From NCBI GenBank assembly GCA_024679065.1, contig JAGIQG010000032.1, forward strand, positions 18,662,001-18,726,000: a stretch of 64,000 nucleotides of DNA, given 5' to 3'. Every line of letters begins with the position of its first letter. The first letter of the stretch is position 1. The stretch is from Sphyrna mokarran (taxonomy: Eukaryota). The notes under the pieces were generated by a model. The model searched no databases, was not told the origin of the DNA, and saw only the letters and a program-made list of their open reading frames with translations. The position numbers were made by a program, and so were the translations under genes. Of this stretch, positions 1 to 11,940 are shown in pieces.

Positions 1-124
1 AAACTTTAGCAAATAGTCCAGGAGCAGTTCTAAGATGTGGAGTGTGTCCACAACTGCTGATACTGTCAACAAGAGTGGCTATAACAGAGGCTCAGTGGCA
101 ACATCATGAAAATCGAAAACAACA

Positions 125-340
125 TGTAAAGGGGTAAGGTTTTGGAGGGACATGTGACCCATTTGGATAGTCACTCTGAAGAGCGCAATCCTGAGGCTGA
201 GTGCGGGCTCTCCCAGGCAGTATAGAATTTGGGGTTGAAGCAATTGGTAGCTCTATTCTCACTCTTTGCTCATAGTTATTATAGTTAACAAATAGTTTGC
301 TGTTACTCTACTTCGTGGTCACTATTCCTACAATATTACA
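125..340 (+). repeat. 5' LTR of Gypsy element
   Basis: TG...CA ends; aligns by eye to 2212-2280 plus 2781-2947. Confidence 0.75.
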
Positions 341-354
341 TTGCCGATGATGAT
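341..354 (+). promoter_or_regulatory. Decayed primer-binding site, tRNA-Ser(GCT) type
   Basis: TTGCCGATGATGAT directly after the LTR-terminal CA resembles TGGCGACGAGGAT, the complement of the tRNA-Ser(GCT) 3' end. Confidence 0.6.
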
Positions 355-452
355 CAACAGCGTACTTTCCATTTGCCACAGAAAACAGCATAGGACACCC
401 TTTGCACAGGTCATTAGAAATACATCAGTTCAGTAATCAGTGTTTTTTCAAA

Positions 453-835
453 ATGCCTCTATTTGGAAAGCTTGAGCCTTTCAACCCGAATTTGGAAGCT
501 AGTGTTCAATGTGTTGAACGCCTGTGATTATCCTCTAAAGCAAACACAAAGGGAGGGGAAGAGAAACAGATGGTTATTCTGTTATCAGGTTGTGGTGTCC
601 AAAATATAAGTTGATTAGGAGCTTGACTTCTCCGGTCACCCCTCACACTTAAGGGACTCATAGAAATAGTAAAAAGACATAGCAGCTTTCATTGCAAGGT
701 TGAAGGAAATGGCTGAACATTGTGAATATGGGTCTGCCTTTAATGAGATATTGAGAGACTGGCTATTGTGTGAGGTGAATAAAATCACTATACAGAAGAA
801 ACTGTTGGCAGAAATAAAGAAGCTGGTAGAAATCA
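453..835 (+). pseudogene. Gypsy gag remnant (Mag-like)
   Basis: Frameshifted peptides MPLFGKLEPFNPNLE..VERL, KQMVILLSGCG..YKLIRSLTSP and IAAFIARLKEMAEHCEYG..NEILRD..IQKKLLAE match Mag-clade Gag motifs. Confidence 0.85.
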
Positions 836-899
836 CTTGCACTGTGGGTAGATATCAATGAAATTAAGCCCACGACTTATTTGGCAACAGTGGGAAAAT

Positions 900-1260
900 T
901 AAGGTGAACCTTTGCCACCCACCCATGGCTTGCAGGTGGTATTGGTTTCAGCCAGTGGGATAATGTTTATCAGGAAGGAATCCCAGCATTCTATATTATC
1001 AAATGACATTAAGGACAAATGCTCTGCACCACACACACCCCATCTCAAATGAGATAATGAAGAGATATGCAAACTTCTGAAGCAACAATGAAAAAGCATC
1101 TCTATATATCAAATAAGTGCATTTTCTTATTATTTATAGAATGGCATCCCATATGCCCACTGGAATAATGCTACCGAGTTGCTGATGTGTATGTGTATTT
1201 GGACCAGGTTGGACCTGATGATTCCAAACCTGGTTGGAAGGGTGAAGGCAAAGTAGATGT
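900..1260 (+). pseudogene. Gypsy integrase remnant
   Basis: Degenerate HPW, SAP.HP.SN and FL..YR..H..TG...ELLM motifs of the integrase core. Confidence 0.7.
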
Positions 1261-1359
1261 GCAAAAGAAACATCTTGGGTGGGACCTTCTGGCCATGCTT
1301 GCCCCAAAACCCATAAGTCCTACCCAAAGTCAACAATCTTTGTATGGTCTGCCTCTGCA

Positions 1360-1385
1360 CCCCCCCCCCCCCCCCCCCCCCCCCC
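1360..1385. repeat. Poly-C homopolymer (26 nt)
   Basis: Counted directly. Confidence 0.95.
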
Positions 1386-1427
1386 GACCCTGCCCTCCAG
1401 TATATGAAGTCAAAGTTCACTGTAAAA

Positions 1428-1757
1428 GCGGCCTAGTAGCAAAATAGCTAGCACTGCTACTTCACAGCTCCAGGGACCTGGGTTTGATTCCTGTCTCTGG
1501 TCACTGTGTGGAGTTTGCACATTCTCCTTGTGTCTGTGTGGGTTTTCTCTGGGTATTCCGGTTTCGTCCCATAGCCCAAAGATGTGCAGGTTAGGTTGAT
1601 TGGCCCTGGTAAAAAATTGCCCCTTAGTGTCCTGAGATGTATAGATTAGAGGGATTAGTGGTAAAATATGTAAGGACATGGGGATAGGGCCTGGGTTGGA
1701 TTGTGTTCAGTGCTCAATGGGCCGAAGGGCGTCTTTCTGCACTGCAGGGTTCTATGA
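1428..1757 (+). mobile_element. HE1/V-SINE-type tRNA-derived SINE with CR1 tail, inserted in the Gypsy element
   Basis: tRNA-like head (TAGCACTGCT...GGTTTGATTCC), V-domain core (TGTGTGGAGTTTGCACATTCTCC...CCAAAGATGTGCAGGTTAGG) and tail GGGCCGAAGGGC...TTCTATGA. Confidence 0.9.
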
Positions 1758-2198
1758 ATAGATTGAAGAAGAACCGAGATCATTTGAGAAGAAAGGAGTC
1801 ACATCGAGAACTTGTGGAACAGTCCACTCTGAGTATGTCCATCAGTGAAGCTGTTAACTAGTGGGGCAGTCTGCTCTGAGTATGCTTGTCAGTGAGGTTG
1901 CTGTGGTTGAAAGTAGCTTGGAAACAAGTCAACATGAGGAAAGGTTGAATCATGTTCTAGTGGGAACTGGAGAAGTGATCTGTACTAATGCATCTTTACA
2001 AATGGGAAGTCAGATTCCTGGAAATGAAACTGATTCTGCCCCTGCTGTTCAGGTACCTCCTGTTGAGCTGATGCACTCTATAATGGAGAGGAAATCCCCT
2101 CATAAACTGGGTTTATAATGGACTGTGCTAAAAAGTTCATTTATGATGTTACATTGCAAATAGTTTCACTTTTGTTGGTATGTGTTAATAAGGGACTT

Positions 2199-2947
2199 AA
2201 AAGGGGAGGGATGTAGTGATGAGCCCCTTTAAGGGATATGGTTTAGATGGGTCATGTGACCAATTTAGTCAATCAGGAGGTTTTGGAGAGATACAGAAAA
2301 GATTTACCAGGATGTTGCCTGGCATGGAGGGCATTAGCTATGAAGAGAGGTTGGAGAAATTGATTTGTTCTCACTGGAATGGCCGAGGTTGAGGGGCAAC
2401 CTAATAGAAATCTACAAAATTATTAGGGGCATGGACACAGTGGATAGTCAGAAGCTTTTTCCCAGAGTGGAAGAGTAAATTCCCAAGGGGCATAGATTTA
2501 AGATGCAAGGGAGAAGATTTAAAGGAAATGTACGAGGCAAGTTTTTTATAGAGGGTGGTGGGTGCCTGGAACTCGCTGCGGGGAGAGGTACTGGAAGCAG
2601 ATACGATAGTGACTTTTAAGGAGCACCTTGACAAATAAATAAATAGAAAGGGAATAGAGGGATATGGTCCCTGGAAGGATATGGGGTTTTAGTTCAGCTG
2701 GACAGCATAATTGATGCAGGCTTTGAGGGTTGAAGGGCCAGTTCCTGCACTGTCATTTTCTTTGTGTTTTGCTCTTTGTTCGCATGAATCCTGAGTCTGA
2801 GCGGGCTTTCTCAGGCAGTCTAGGATTGGATTCAAAACAATTAGCAGCTTCTTTCTCACTCTGTGTAAGTTGTTATTGTAATTATTATATAGTTTTGCTA
2901 TTACTCTATTTGGTGATTGCCACTCTGTCTACGATATTGCAATAACA
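2199..2947 (+). repeat. Polypurine tract plus 3' LTR, split by a CR1 insertion
   Basis: AAAAGGGGAGGGA (2199-2211) followed by TGTAGTGAT; the LTR resumes at 2781 and ends AATAACA. Confidence 0.8.
2281..2780 (+). mobile_element. CR1 LINE 3' fragment inside the 3' LTR
   Basis: [21 protein letters not shown] and LIEIYKI motifs, then a 3'UTR ending GAAGGGCC...CTTTGTT. Confidence 0.9.
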
Positions 2948-3367
2948 GAAACACTTCATCGTGAGAGAGGGTCTGTTAATATATAACAAGCGTTTGGTCA
3001 CCCTTCAATGGGAGATTCTCCAATAAATCTACCAAGCTCACACAGGCGTTACAAAATGAAGGCAAGTAAGAAATAATCTCAAATAGGTGTGAGCCTGTCT
3101 AGAGCGGTTCCTTATCCCCGCAGTTTTTTACCAAGTTATGGCGTTGTTAGGAATAGATTTATTAATGTGTAATGGAAGGTTCTTGCAATGTGAGAGTACT
3201 TGTCCTGATGGAACAAAGTGAAGCAATACTCATGGCAAGCACAGAATTAGCCATTAGGTCCTTAAAGTAAGTGTTGGTGAGCCAATGACATCCCAGACCA
3301 GGTGGTGTCTGACATTGGCCCACAATTGGAACCTGAATTCTTCACTCAGTATACTACTAGTTACAGC

Positions 3368-4500
3368 TTTTGATAACATCATTGCAGAAAATAAAAGCTG
3401 ATGGTATAGGGGGAAACCTTTTAACACAGATTGAGGGTTGGCTAGATAACAGGAAATAGGAAGTATGTATCAATGGGTCATTTTCGGATTGGTAACGAGT
3501 GGTGTGCCACAGGAATCGGTGCTGGGGTCTCAACTGTTTGCAACCTATATTAGTGACTCAGATGAAGAGACTGAAGATACAATTGCTAAATTTGCTGATG
3601 ACACGGCGATATAAAAAAAAATTCTGAAGACAACATAAAAAGGCTATAAAGGGATATAGATAGGTAAAGTGAGTAGGCAAAGATTTGGCGAATGGAGTAT
3701 AATATGGGAAAATCTGAAATTGTCCATTTTGGCAGGAAAAATAAAAAATAAATCTAAATGGTGAGAGAATGCAGAACTCTGAGATGTGAGGTATCTGGGT
3801 GTCCCAGTACATGAATCGCAAAAGGTTAGTATGGGGGTACAGCAAGTATTTGGGAAAGCTAATAGGATATTAAAGTTTATTGCAACTGGAATTGAACACA
3901 ACAGTAGGTAAGTTATGTTTCAGTTATACAGCGCAATTGTGAGACTACATCTAAAATATTGTGTACAGTATTGGTCTCCTTATTTTAAGAAGGATGTAAA
4001 TGCATTGGGAGAAGTTCAGAGAATGGTTACAAGACTAGTACTGGAATAGATGGGTTGTCTTATGAGAAAAGATTGGACAGACTAAGCTTGTATCCGGTAG
4101 AGTTTAGAAGGATAAGAAGCATCTTAATTGAAACATAAAGGATCATTGGGGATCTTGACAGGGGAGATATGAAAAGGATATTTCTTCTTCTGGGAGAATC
4201 TAGAATTGGGGTCATTTTTAGAAATAAAGGGTCACTGATTTAAGGCAGATGAGGTAAAAAGATTTTCCCTCAGAGGGTCGTGAGTCTCTGGAACTCTCTT
4301 CCTTAAAAGGCAGTATAAGAAGAGCCTTTGAATAGTTTTAAGGCAGAGGTAGATAGATTCTTGAGAAGCAAGCAGGTGAAAGTTAGTCAGGAGTAGGCAG
4401 TAATCTGGAGTTGAGGTTACAATCAGATCAGCCATGATTTTATTGAATGGTGGAGCAGGCTCAAGGGGCTGAGTTTGTATACAAATTTGTATGTTCGTAT
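3368..4500 (+). mobile_element. Decayed CR1 LINE, RT to 3' end
   Basis: SGVPQ.SVLG, KFADDT and YCVQYWSP motifs; 3'UTR GATCAGCCATGAT...GAATGG. Confidence 0.9.
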
Positions 4501-5473
4501 TTATACATGCCAAAATATTTTGCCTGAAAACATTAAAGCTGGTAGGTCTGTTTCATCTTCATAAAAGGAATGACAATTTACAAGAACATGCAATCTAATC
4601 ACTAAAATGGTCTTAAAAACGCAAACAGTGATGTAAAAAGTGAAACAGTCAAGGTCTATTACTCATTCTGTACGAGAATGTTTCCAATAGCAATAGTTTT
4701 AACTAATGACTTGTTTTTCTCATCTAACATCTAACAATAGCAAATAGGATAACAATGCTATGTGTGGAAAGCTGATTACCTCAGTGTTTGATAATACAGG
4801 TTTTGATTAAATGACAAACTAATCTCAGGCAAGTCAAGATAAAAGGGTTAGGGCAACAGCTAACTTTCTTATTGTAGGTACAGTGCCACATTTCAAACAC
4901 TGTCAGTTTTTAACACTGAGTTTACAGTCTTCCTCAAGCAGTTTTTATGCCTGATATCAAAGGACAACACAGCAAATTTAACACTCGAATAACCTTGTAC
5001 TAAACCTGCCAATAAAAAGAAGAGATTTCTGTGTTCTCTACAAATTGCACTGTCATTATGCATAGCATTACAAATATGTTTGTGAAGACATTTTCTTCAT
5101 TAGCTGCTGTAGATACATAAAGAGGGCATGTCGAAGCTTTCACTAGAAGCATTGAACAGAGAAAATCTTTAAAATGCTTTTACAATGTTGCTACTATGCA
5201 CAGTGAACCAGAGGAATTCTCATCCCATGCTTGCTTTGCTGTTGATGCCAATGTTTTAAGTCTCAGCCACCCTTGGATGATAAAGGACTGTGCTTGGACA
5301 CTATCCTTTCAACTCCAAGAAAGGGATTGGAATTCAGCCCAGAACAACTGGGTAAAAGTTGGCTGTCCTCCAACACACTGCTAGAATTATAGAGGCACTG
5401 CCCTTCAGAGTGGTAGCAGTATCATGGAGCCTGAACCTGCTGTTTTCTCTCTGGATGTAAACATTCATCCTTC

Positions 5474-6325
5474 TATGGAATATAGCGCAGGAAAATGTGA
5501 AGTTTTCCACTTTGGTAGGAAGAATAAAGGAACTGAGGCAGCATGGACAAGTTGGGCCGAAGGGCCTGTTTCCATGCTGTAAACCTCTATGACTCTATGA
5601 ATATTACTTAAATGGAGAAAAACTGCAGAAAGCTTCAGCACAAAGAAATAGGGGGTCCTTGTGCATAAATCACAAAAAGCTAGCATGCAACTTTAGCAGG
5701 TAATAGGAAAGGTAAATGGAATGTTGGCCTTTGCTTCAAAGGGAATGGAGTATAAAAATAGGGAACTCTTGCTGAAAGCACACAAGGCACTAATGAGACC
5801 CATTCCTGGAATACTGTAAACAGTTTGGACCTCTTATCAAAAGAAAAAATATTGGCACTGAAGGAATCCAGAAAAGGTTCAATAGGTTGATCGCAGGCAT
5901 GGAAGGATTTTCTGATGAGGAGAAGTTGATTAGGTTGGGTCTGTACTCATTGGAGTTTAGAAGAATGAGAGGTGACATTATTGAGGCATAAAGGTTCCCA
6001 GAGGGTTTGACATCGTCGATATTGAAAGGTTGTTTCCCCTTGAGGGAGACTCTAGGACCAGAGGACATAATCTCAGAGTAAGGGAGTCACACAGTTAACA
6101 CAGAGATGAGGAGAAATTTCTTCTCTGGGAGGGTAATGAATCTGTGGAATTCTTTAACCTGGAGGGATATAGAGGTTGCGTCATTAAGCATGTTGAAGGC
6201 TGAGATAGACACATTTTTCATTGGTAAGGGAATCAAGGGATATGGGGATAAGTGAAGTTCAAATTATCATATCAGATCAGCCATGATCTCATTGAATGGA
6301 GCAATGGGCCGAATGCTCTTATGTT
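5474..6325 (+). mobile_element. CR1 LINE 3' fragment
   Basis: MEYSAGKCEVFHFGRKN, YC.QF, LGLYSLEFRRMRGD motifs and a CR1 3'UTR. Confidence 0.9.
5537..5600 (+). mobile_element. 64-bp CR1 3' tail nested in another CR1
   Basis: GGCAGCATGGACAAGTTGGGCCGAAGGGCCTG...CTCTATGACTCTATGA interrupts the host sequence GGAACTGA|ATATTAC. Confidence 0.85.
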
Positions 6326-6329
6326 TATC

Positions 6330-6530
6330 TGGTTTTTTTGATTCAATTGTTTTTATTTTATTTATATTTATTCTTTTTTACCTCTCTATTCATCTTCATT
6401 TTCTCATTTCTTTTTATCTGTATCATATGCTGACCCTTTAAGTTATTTATATTTTCTATTTTATTGCTTTTTCATCTATTTATTTTTCTTTTTTATTTGC
6501 TGTTGCTTTCTCTTATTTTCTTTACACTTC
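6330..6530. repeat. T-rich low-complexity tract
   Basis: Runs of TTTA/TTTC. Confidence 0.7.
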
Positions 6531-6708
6531 ATTATCATCACACCATCCCTGCATTTCTCTTCTCCATATTCTAGACTGTCTCATCTCTGAGCATTTTATT
6601 TCACATTTCCTTACGTTTTGCAACTTCTGAAATTCAGCTGTCCATTGCCTATCTTTAATACCAAAGCACCTAAAGCAACAACATATTACAATTCAGCTAG
6701 ATAATTCA

Positions 6709-7037
6709 GGGGCATCACGGTGACACAGGGGTTAGCACTGCTGCCCCACAGTACCAGGGATCTGGATTTAATTCTGGCGTTGGTCACTGTCTGTGTGGAG
6801 TCTGCATATTCTCTCCGTGTCTCCATGAGTTTCCTCTGGGTGCTTCGGTTTTCTCCCACAGTCCAAAGATGTGTGGGTTAAGTGGATTGGTCATGCTAAA
6901 TTGACTCTAGTGTCAGGGGGATTAACAGGGTAAATATGTGGGTTTAAAGGAATAGGGCCTGAGTGGGATTATAGTCGGTGCAGATTTGATGGACAAATGG
7001 CCTCCTTCTGCACTGTAGGGTTTCTGTGATTCTATGA
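6709..7037 (+). mobile_element. HE1/V-SINE, full length
   Basis: Head, V core and CR1-type tail as at 1428. Confidence 0.9.
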
Positions 7038-7883
7038 ATCTTGATTGTAAAACAGCACTTTGCTGCAACAAAATAGGAAGATAATTACGTACATATTCAG
7101 CTGTCTGATTTTATTTCTTAGAAATTAATACTGCATCTAAAGTGATTAATTTCCTAGAGACCAGAGTCATGAAATGAATAATGTTTTAACAGTACAACCA
7201 AGTGACCATACTCAGCACGGGACTATTAATAAACACCCAAAATATTGAATAATATTTATTTTTTGAGACCTTCTTCAAGCTTAACCTTTTGGGAATTGTA
7301 ATAAAATGTTATCTCCAGAATAAACAAAAGTATACAATTTCATCTTAATCCAAAAGTATTACCGCTTCATAATTTTCAGTGATGGTAACCTACCATCTCA
7401 CAGATGTCTACTTTTACAACTGAAGAACGCTTTGAGTCACATATGCAGCATAAATTATTTCAACCATCCTCATGGTCTGATAGCAACACTGGACTGAATT
7501 ATATCCTTACTGGCAGACTGACATCAAGTGCTTCCAGTTTATGCAAGTGCAGTGGGGAACTACCATTCAAGATATCTCCTGAGATTTCCTCATAAGTAAG
7601 CTCTTGAGCAATGAAGTCAGCATCAAATTTTACATTAAATATTCACGTAGATAATATGAGTTTCATTAAAGCCTACTTAGTTAATTTTGAGATTTGAGAT
7701 TCAAATCTTGAGACTCAAACAAAAATTATTTCTGAAAGAGGCTGGAGTTCAATGTTTGTCCAAACAGTGAAGCAGAAAACAATTGTTACACAGATAGTTG
7801 TTTGATAGTGCAGTACTCGAATTTTGCTGAAAAAAGACATTTTGTCTAATTTTCTCATCTTGCACTCATCAGAACAATCACAG

Positions 7884-8040
7884 AAGAAATTAGATATAGC
7901 TCTTGGGGCTAAAGGGATCAAGGGGTATGGGGGAAAGAAGGAATCAGAACATTGAATTTGATGATCAGCCATGATCAAAATGAATGGTAGAGCAGACTCG
8001 AAGGGCTGAATGGTCTGCTCCTCTTTTTGTTTTCTATGTT
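7884..8040 (+). mobile_element. CR1 3'UTR fragment
   Basis: GGGATCAAGGGGTATGGGG...GATCAGCCATGAT...CTCGAAGGGCTGAATGG...TTCTATGTT. Confidence 0.85.
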
Positions 8041-8135
8041 AACCCAATTTGATGTGTGTGCTTAGCATTTAGTGCACCTATATTAGTTGCATTTTGAAAA
8101 GACCTCATATTGATGAATAGAGTCATTCAAAGCAA

Positions 8136-8680
8136 ACTGTGTACAGTTCTGGTCATCCTATTATAGAAAAGATATTAAACTAGAAAGAGTGCAGAAAAGA
8201 TTTACTGGGATGCTACCGTGACCTGATGTTTTGAATAATAAGATGAGACTGACTAGAGTAGGAATTTTTTTCCCTAGAGCGTAGCAGGCTTAGGGATGAT
8301 CTTATAGAGGTCTATAAAATAATGAAGAAGTATACATCAGCTAGATAGTCAACATTCTTTCCCAAAGGTAGAGGAGTCTAAAAATAGAGAGCATAGGTTT
8401 GAGAGGGAAGAGATACAATAGGGTCCAGAAGAGCAATTGTTTCACATAAAGGGTGGTGAGTCTCTGGAATAAGCCACCAGAGATAGTAGCACAGGCGGGT
8501 ACAATTTCATCTTTTAGAAAGCATTTAGACACTTACACGGGTGAGATGGTATAGAGAAATGTGGGCTAAACATAGGAAATTAGGACTAGTTTAGTGTTGG
8601 AGAAAAGGGCTGCATGAACATGTTGGGCTGAAGGGTCTGTCTCCACACTGTAAACCTATATGACACTTTGACTATGATTC
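8136..8680 (+). mobile_element. CR1 3' fragment
   Basis: CVQFWSS, LERVQKRF and DLIEVYKIM motifs plus the 3' tail. Confidence 0.9.
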
Positions 8681-9065
8681 TAAATGAGTTGTTCAGGTTC
8701 TGTACATTCCTCTATTCCTTTGGTCTTTGCTCTACATATGTCACTTCGTTAAAACTTTAACTTTCTCTATAATTGAAATGCCTGTTGCAGAGGCAGAATG
8801 CCATATACTTCTTCTATTGCAAAGTAACTTGCAGAGGAATTGTCATCCCAATAATTTATGAGTTTGTGTAAGCTCAGGGAGCCGTTTTGAACCAGGCTGA
8901 TTGTTCAACCAGGCAGATGTAAATAAATTGTACAAATGGTGAATTTACAATCTTTGTGCATTGTGGCACTTTAATACATCTGTTTTATCCTTTCTTTCTA
9001 GCAATAATGAAATGTTTTTCCTGCTCTTCTCAGTGACTCTTATTTCCATATTTTAATAATGACCT

Positions 9066-9331
9066 TAGAATCCCTACAGTGCAGAAGGAAGTCATTCAGC
9101 CCATCAAGTCTACACTGACAACAATCCCACCCAGACCCTATCCCCTAACTCCACATATTTACCCTGCTCATCTGTCTAACCCACACATCCTGGAACAATA
9201 AGGGGCAATTTAGCAAGACCAATGCACCTAATCCACATATCTTTGGACTGTAGGAGGAAACCGGAGCTCCCGGAGGAAACCCCGATGAAACCCACATCGA
9301 CACGGGGAGAATGTGTAAACTCTGTACAGAC
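9066..9331 (-). mobile_element. HE1/V-SINE, 5'-truncated
   Basis: Reverse complement of the SINE tail (TAGAATCCCTACAGTGCAGAAGG) and of the V core. Confidence 0.85.
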
Positions 9332-9752
9332 TTACTTACATAAAGGCTAAACATGAGGATAGCAGTGGATATTCTTTCTTTGAGATAAGCTGATTGTACT
9401 ATAACACAAGAAGATTTTACATAAAATTCTATTGTTGAACTCATTCTTTTAAATAAATGTAATTTAACTTAGATATTTATTTTTCATTATTTTTGTTCCC
9501 AACTCCACCTTACATAAAGTTGTCCAATATACATTGGTGAGGAGGAAGGCACAGGTCTTGCTTCAGGATCCGACTGATGTTTCTCTGTTATAAGGCTTAT
9601 GGCTGAATGCCGTGAAAGTTGCAGGAACTAGTAAGATATCAAGATTTGCATGGAGAATTTTGGGGAAGACCTTATGTTAGCCTTCCAGCTGTGGAAAAAC
9701 TGTGAAGGATTAAGTCAAGAGTGGCAAGATAACAAAAATGAAACTTGTCTGC

Positions 9753-9908
9753 TGTTATATATTTAAGTGGTTTGAATCTACATGTACAAATCACATCTTT
9801 TCTTTTTGTTTAGAACTCATATAATGCCTACCATAGTTAACACATTGCAAAAAGAACATTGGCGATGAGTTGGGATTTTGTTTCATCAAGAACATCAAGA
9901 ATAGACCC
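9753..9908 (+). mobile_element. Short (deleted) Gypsy LTR, tRNA-Ser(GCT)-type PBS and leader
   Basis: TGTTATATATTTAA start and internal TTTGAATCTACATGT both match the LTR at 33746-34176 (-). The LTR ends AACA at 9858, followed by TGGCGATGAGTTGGGATT (9860-9877). Confidence 0.7.
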
Positions 9909-10411
9909 TAAATTCAAAAAACATTGGGAGTTCTTACACTTCGACTATTAGAAGGGGAGAAAGCAACAACAGGATTAAAGATCAAAGTGCCAGTCTGGTT
10001 TTTAAAAGAGGGGTTATTTTCAAAGAAGAATGAGATTCCAAGCAGTTTCTGGCATATTTCAAAAGAAGGGAGGCTTTGCTGTATGGCTGGGTTCATTTGA
10101 AAACAAAAAAATACATCGAGTCAACTGTCTTCAGGGTAAAAGGAAGATTGGTAAGATAGTGAAACAAATATATATTGAGCAGTGTGGAGTTGTTAGTGCG
10201 GAAAGAGAAATGGTGAGTCAGTTAGGATCCTTTCAATGAAGAAAATGAATAGTTTTCAACATTAATGCCCGCATTTTCAGTACTTTATACAAACAAATAA
10301 CATTGGAAACAAGTTGCTTATACTAGCTTTTCTGTGTACAATAGCAAGTAAAACTCTCAATTTGAAGGATTTCTGCATCCTTCTCACAGTTTGCCCTCCC
10401 ATCCATTCTTT

Positions 10412-10514
10412 GGATCTTTTCTCGATGTTCTTGATGAAACAAAATCCCAACTCATCATCAATGTTCTTTTTGCAATATGCTAACTATGGTAGGTGTTGTG
10501 GGTTCTGAACAAAA
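10412..10514 (-). repeat. Inverted copy of the LTR-end/PBS/leader at 9804-9908
   Basis: Reverse complement aligns with about 12 substitutions and one 2-nt gap over about 105 nt. Confidence 0.9.
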
Positions 10515-10900
10515 CTCACTAAACCCTGTGATTCCCAATATTTCTGGTATTTTATTTGTGTCCTCCTTTGTGAAGATAGAACCAAAGTGTGGGTTTAGCT
10601 GGTCAGCCATTTCTTTATTCCCCATTATAAATTCCCCTGTTTCTGACTGTAAGGGACCTACATTTGTCTTCACCAATCTTTCTCTCCTCACATACCAATA
10701 GAAATTTCTAGAGTTAGTGTTTATGTTTCCCTGCTTACACTCGTATTCTATTTTTTCCAACTTAATCAGTCACTTGGTCCTCCTTTGCTGAATTCTAAAC
10801 TTCTCCTAATCCTCAGGTCTTTTTTTGACCAATTTGTCTGCCTCCCCCTTGGATCTAATATTATCTCTAATTTTCCTTGTAAGCCATACTTTGGACACCT
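10515..10900 (-). mobile_element. CR1 ORF2 internal fragment (upstream of RT)
   Basis: ORF 10458-10760: EKIEYECK..NINTN..FYWYVRR..VGPLQSETGEFIMGNKEMADQLN..FGSIFTKED. Confidence 0.9.
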
Positions 10901-10949
10901 TTCTACTTCCATTTGCATTGGTGGTGGTACTGCAAATGTTTATTAAATT

Positions 10950-11360
10950 GGTTCCTGAAATGAAAAGTGCTGTCTTCTGATGAGATGCTGAGGAGATTTG
11001 GGTTCAAATATCTGGAGCTTAGTTGTATGAGATATATAAAATTCTGAAGTGGCTTGATTGGCTGGATGCTGAGAGATTGTTTCCACTGGGGGTAGTCTTA
11101 AAATTAGATGCCAATTGATCAGGAGCAATTTCTTCACTCCAAGGGCTGTGAATCCTTGGAATTCTCTATATCAGAGAGTTGTGGATGCTCCATCAGTGAA
11201 TAGAATTAGAACTGGGGTAGATTGATATTTGGTGTCTTGGGGAATTAAGGGAGTGAATGGGAAAATGGAGTTGAAGCTCAGGATCAGCACAATCAAACTG
11301 AATGACAGAGCAAACTCGATAGGACTTGTGATCTATTTCTGCCTTATTTCTTATGTTCTA
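10950..11360 (+). mobile_element. Old CR1 3' end
   Basis: Degenerate ORF2 C-terminus and a 3'UTR ending TCTTATGTTC. Confidence 0.75.
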
Positions 11361-11499
11361 TCTTTCCACTTGGCTCTGCCCCGATCTCTTCTGCCAAGCA
11401 AATGAAACTCTTAGCAGTGAAGGTTTATGTTTACTGAGCTAACACTTGGTAAGATCTTAATGTCAATAATGAAGGACTTGTTTGCATTGAGCTACTTTT

Positions 11500-11770
11500 A
11501 AAAGTTTATTTATTAGTGTCACAAGTAAAGCTTACATTAATACTGCAATGAAGTTACTATTAAAACCTCTGGTACCTCTTCGGGTACACTGATGGAGAAT
11601 TTAGCACAGCCAATGCATCAAACCAGCATGTCTTTTGAATTGTGGGAGGGAACTGGAGCACCCAGAGGAAACCCACATTGACACTGGGAGAACGTTCAGA
11701 TTCCATACAGACAAAATCAAACTGAATCAAACCCAGGTCCCTTGTACTGTGACGTAGCAGTGCTAACTAA
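11500..11770 (-). mobile_element. V-SINE type 2 (tail ...GTGACACTAATAAATAAACTT)
   Basis: Reverse complement of head, V core and the alternative tail. Confidence 0.85.
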
Positions 11771-11940
11771 GAATTGCCCGCCATTACATTAATATTTTTA
11801 CAATTGCATTTCCGATATTAACTCGCATTATAATTTAATTTCTAAATTCATAGTGAATAGTATCATGAAAGGTCATTTACTGTTCCTGTAAATTTTTACT
11901 AACATCAGTTGAGAGGTACTAATGTTGCCAGGAATAGCAG

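Larger units (their letters stand above)
125..2947 (+). mobile_element. Decayed, internally deleted Gypsy (Mag-like) LTR retrotransposon: 5'LTR-PBS-gag-integrase-PPT-3'LTR
   Basis: Two similar LTRs share CATGTGACC and AATCCTGAG.CTGAG..CGGGCT.TC.CAGGCAGT (125-340 and 2212-2947). A PBS-like sequence follows the first and a PPT precedes the second, with gag and integrase remnants between. Confidence 0.85.

Noticed and set aside
1130-1447. Gly-rich and Pro-rich ORFs
   Set aside because: Produced by the 26-nt poly-C run within the decayed Gypsy tail; not genes.
7404-7595. 63-aa ORF between a CAG and a GTAAGC
   Set aside because: The frame stops immediately before the donor, other frames are closed, and the peptide is unrecognisable.
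9814-9870. Strong-looking splice acceptor at 9813
   Set aside because: All three frames stop within 20 codons; the sequence is better explained as LTR.
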